Shown: positions 61,751 to 64,000 of the stretch, piece after piece
Layout of the letters: each line of letters begins with the position of its first letter
Numbering within the stretch: the stretch's first letter is position 1
From: Malacoraja senta
Taxonomy: Eukaryota
Reading direction: 5' to 3'
Length of the DNA stretch: 64,000 nt
Assembly (NCBI GenBank): GCA_038087875.1
Contig: CM075981.1
Span: 69,750,001 to 69,814,000, forward strand
Translations under genes and position numbers: made by a program
Notes under the pieces: model-generated
Databases searched by the model: none
Told to the model about the DNA's origin: nothing
What the model saw: the letters and a program-made list of their open reading frames with translations, nothing else

Positions 61751-64000
61751 TATGAAATTCCTTGTTGTAAATCCTTATAATTCTCTATGTGCAAGGGGTG
61801 TGGATGTTGTTACTAAGCAGATTCAAGGCTGAGATAGATATATTGTTGGACTACTGGAAAAACAGAGGCTGTGGACATCAGATAGAAACTGTAGTTGAAA
61901 CCAAAAATTAGATCACCCAGTTTTATTGAGTGGCAGAGCAGACCTGAATAGCAGCAGCCAAAATCCATGCAGCCTTTCACATACAATAGTTAACAAGCTT
62001 CTGCAGTTCTGCTTTGTAACAACTGTTGAGGTCTGAGAGACCAACCAAAGTCAGCCAATGATTAGTTTATATTAGTTTAATTTTTAATAACATAGTAGAG
62101 ACAGACTGGGAACAAGCTAAATACTACACACAGCAAAAGACTAAACAATTAAAAAATTGTCATTACATTTCTTGGTGAATTTTACAACCTTGGAATGCCT
62201 GAAAGGACTTTTTGCCATTTAAGTACTTTCGAAACGTGGTCACTGTTGTAACATAAGAAATGCAAAAGCCAATTTGTTTACAGCAAGCCTGCACAAAACA
62301 TCAATATGATAATTAGTAGATAATGTTTTTTTTAAAATGATATTGATTGAGGGATAAACATTGCCCACGTCACCTGGAAGAATTCCCCAAGTTTTCCTTG
62401 CAATATTGATTATTTTAATGTCCAGCCACGATGATTTGGGTTTTAATGCATCGTCTGAAAGACAATGGTTCCAAACATCTTCTGCACTTATGTTCCATAA
62501 CTTCTTGAACTAGAAACAAAACTGCTCCTAACTCACTACTACTTCTACTGACGTATTTTACTTCAGTATGTCCTATTTTGAACTGTGATAGAGATATTAT
62601 GAGGAAATAAATTTCCCATTGACAGCCATACACAGATTTTATATTGAGACGCTAAAAACAGTTGCCAAGAGGAATTTAAGTGAGCACAGGACATTTTCCC
62701 TGCTACTTTCTACAATCACATCCTCAAGAAGCAATTAATTTCTGCTCTCTGCTCAAATCTTAGCTCAGTGGCTTGTAACCTATTATGATTATGCTACGTC
62801 ACAATGTGTGAATGGTAAGAGAACTGTAGGAGCAAATCAATTTCAACAGTCTGGTTATGATGCGTTGTGGGTTATTAAAAAACTGTCGTGTTGTGTAGGT
62901 GCAATTCTGTCAGCAGTGCAGTACATTTATGGTTTTGTCAACATTTTTTCCAGCCTTACTTTACTTCCCTTATCTCCAGGCTTCCAAAAGCCACACACAG
63001 AATGTTAACAGCATCTGGAATGGGGACGAGTTCAATTATGGGAACCTGAATAAAAGTGGAAAGAAGCAAATCAATGTTAGAAATGGTAAAACCTTCAAAA
63101 ATTAGTCCACCTCTTCATCAACCCATTCTTAAACACCGTAAAACCTGTACACATAACTGCTGCCAAGTTGTCTCTGAACAGATCTAAATGGCAAAGATAC
63201 TGTCTCATCGGATCAGATTGACGTGATATAAAATCAAATTAAGATAGAATCAGAACGATCTACTAGATTGGAAAGCACTAGGAAAGACATGCAGGTTTGT
63301 TAGTTAATTGGCCTCTATAAATTGCCCCTAGTGTGTAAGAAGTGGATGTGAAAGCAAGACAACCTAGAACTAGTGTGAACAGGTGATGGTTAGCATGGAC
63401 TTCAGTAGGCTGAAGGGCCTGTTTATAGGTACGTTACAAAACTTACCTTCAGTCGCGCTGTAATTCTGCCACTGGCCGTGTGCGCGATTTTGGCGCCTTT
63501 AAGGGGGGGGCAGGGTTAAAACGCGGTTTCTCCTCCCTTGTCCTGGAAATATTTTGTTGGAGTACAAAACTTCGCTGACAAAATCGTTCCTACCGGCGTT
63601 TTGTGATTTTTTTTTTAAAATTAAATCGTCAATGTCAGCGCTACAGTCATTTTAAAAGCAGCTCCTGAAGCGTCAACGCCAATAACGGGGACGGATTTCA
63701 CACAATGGACAGGTAAACGAAAGTGCTTTCTTTAAATGTATAAAAGTGCTTCTTAAGAAGCCTTTAATTCACATTTTGTCATGCGACACGGTGATTTTAT
63801 TCCCCGAATTAACGGCAGTATTTTTCATGCCAATACGGGGTTAAATTCACCGCAAATGAACGTTCCAAAAGATCGCGTTCCAGAAATTCTCACTCGCAAG
63901 ATGAATTAAATCCCCATTAATTTACAGGTATTAAACATTCAATTCCTTCCATTTGGCCTGTAAATTCATGAAAATTAGATTTAAAAATTATGTTATATTG

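Noticed and set aside
60566-64000. Next upstream PALB2 exon
   Set aside because: No matching sequence found by eye; probably beyond the window

Overview
Vertebrate genomic DNA, most likely a cartilaginous fish (skate, ray or shark). That assignment is an inference from the repeat set: HE1/V-SINE-like SINEs, CR1, Rex/Babar, RTE, Penelope and Tc1. Four spliced genes can be built by hand from GT-AG junctions with consistent reading phase. (1) The last three exons and 3'UTR of TNRC6A/GW182 (+). (2) A complete, unnamed 11-exon gene on the minus strand (40480->6410, about 2,716 aa): signal peptide, CUB domain, a ~2,190-aa Ser/Thr-rich mucin stalk in one 6.57-kb exon, SEA, two EGF-like modules, one TM helix and a ~170-aa cytoplasmic tail. 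(3) Complete NDUFAB1 (mitochondrial acyl carrier protein, -). (4) The last five WD40 exons of PALB2 (-). Main observations: the CUB-mucin-SEA-EGF receptor, whose SEA domain lacks the autocleavage Ser; its hierarchical 24-bp coding VNTR; an inverted relative of that repeat filling one of its own introns; about 18 Penelope-derived minimal hammerhead-ribozyme motifs, including a tandem retrozyme-like pair and palindromic units; three Tc1 copies in different states of decay; and a miRNA-seed-rich TNRC6A 3'UTR lying tail-to-tail with the mucin gene. Two assembly gaps are present. Nothing was searched against databases; repeat boundaries are approximate.
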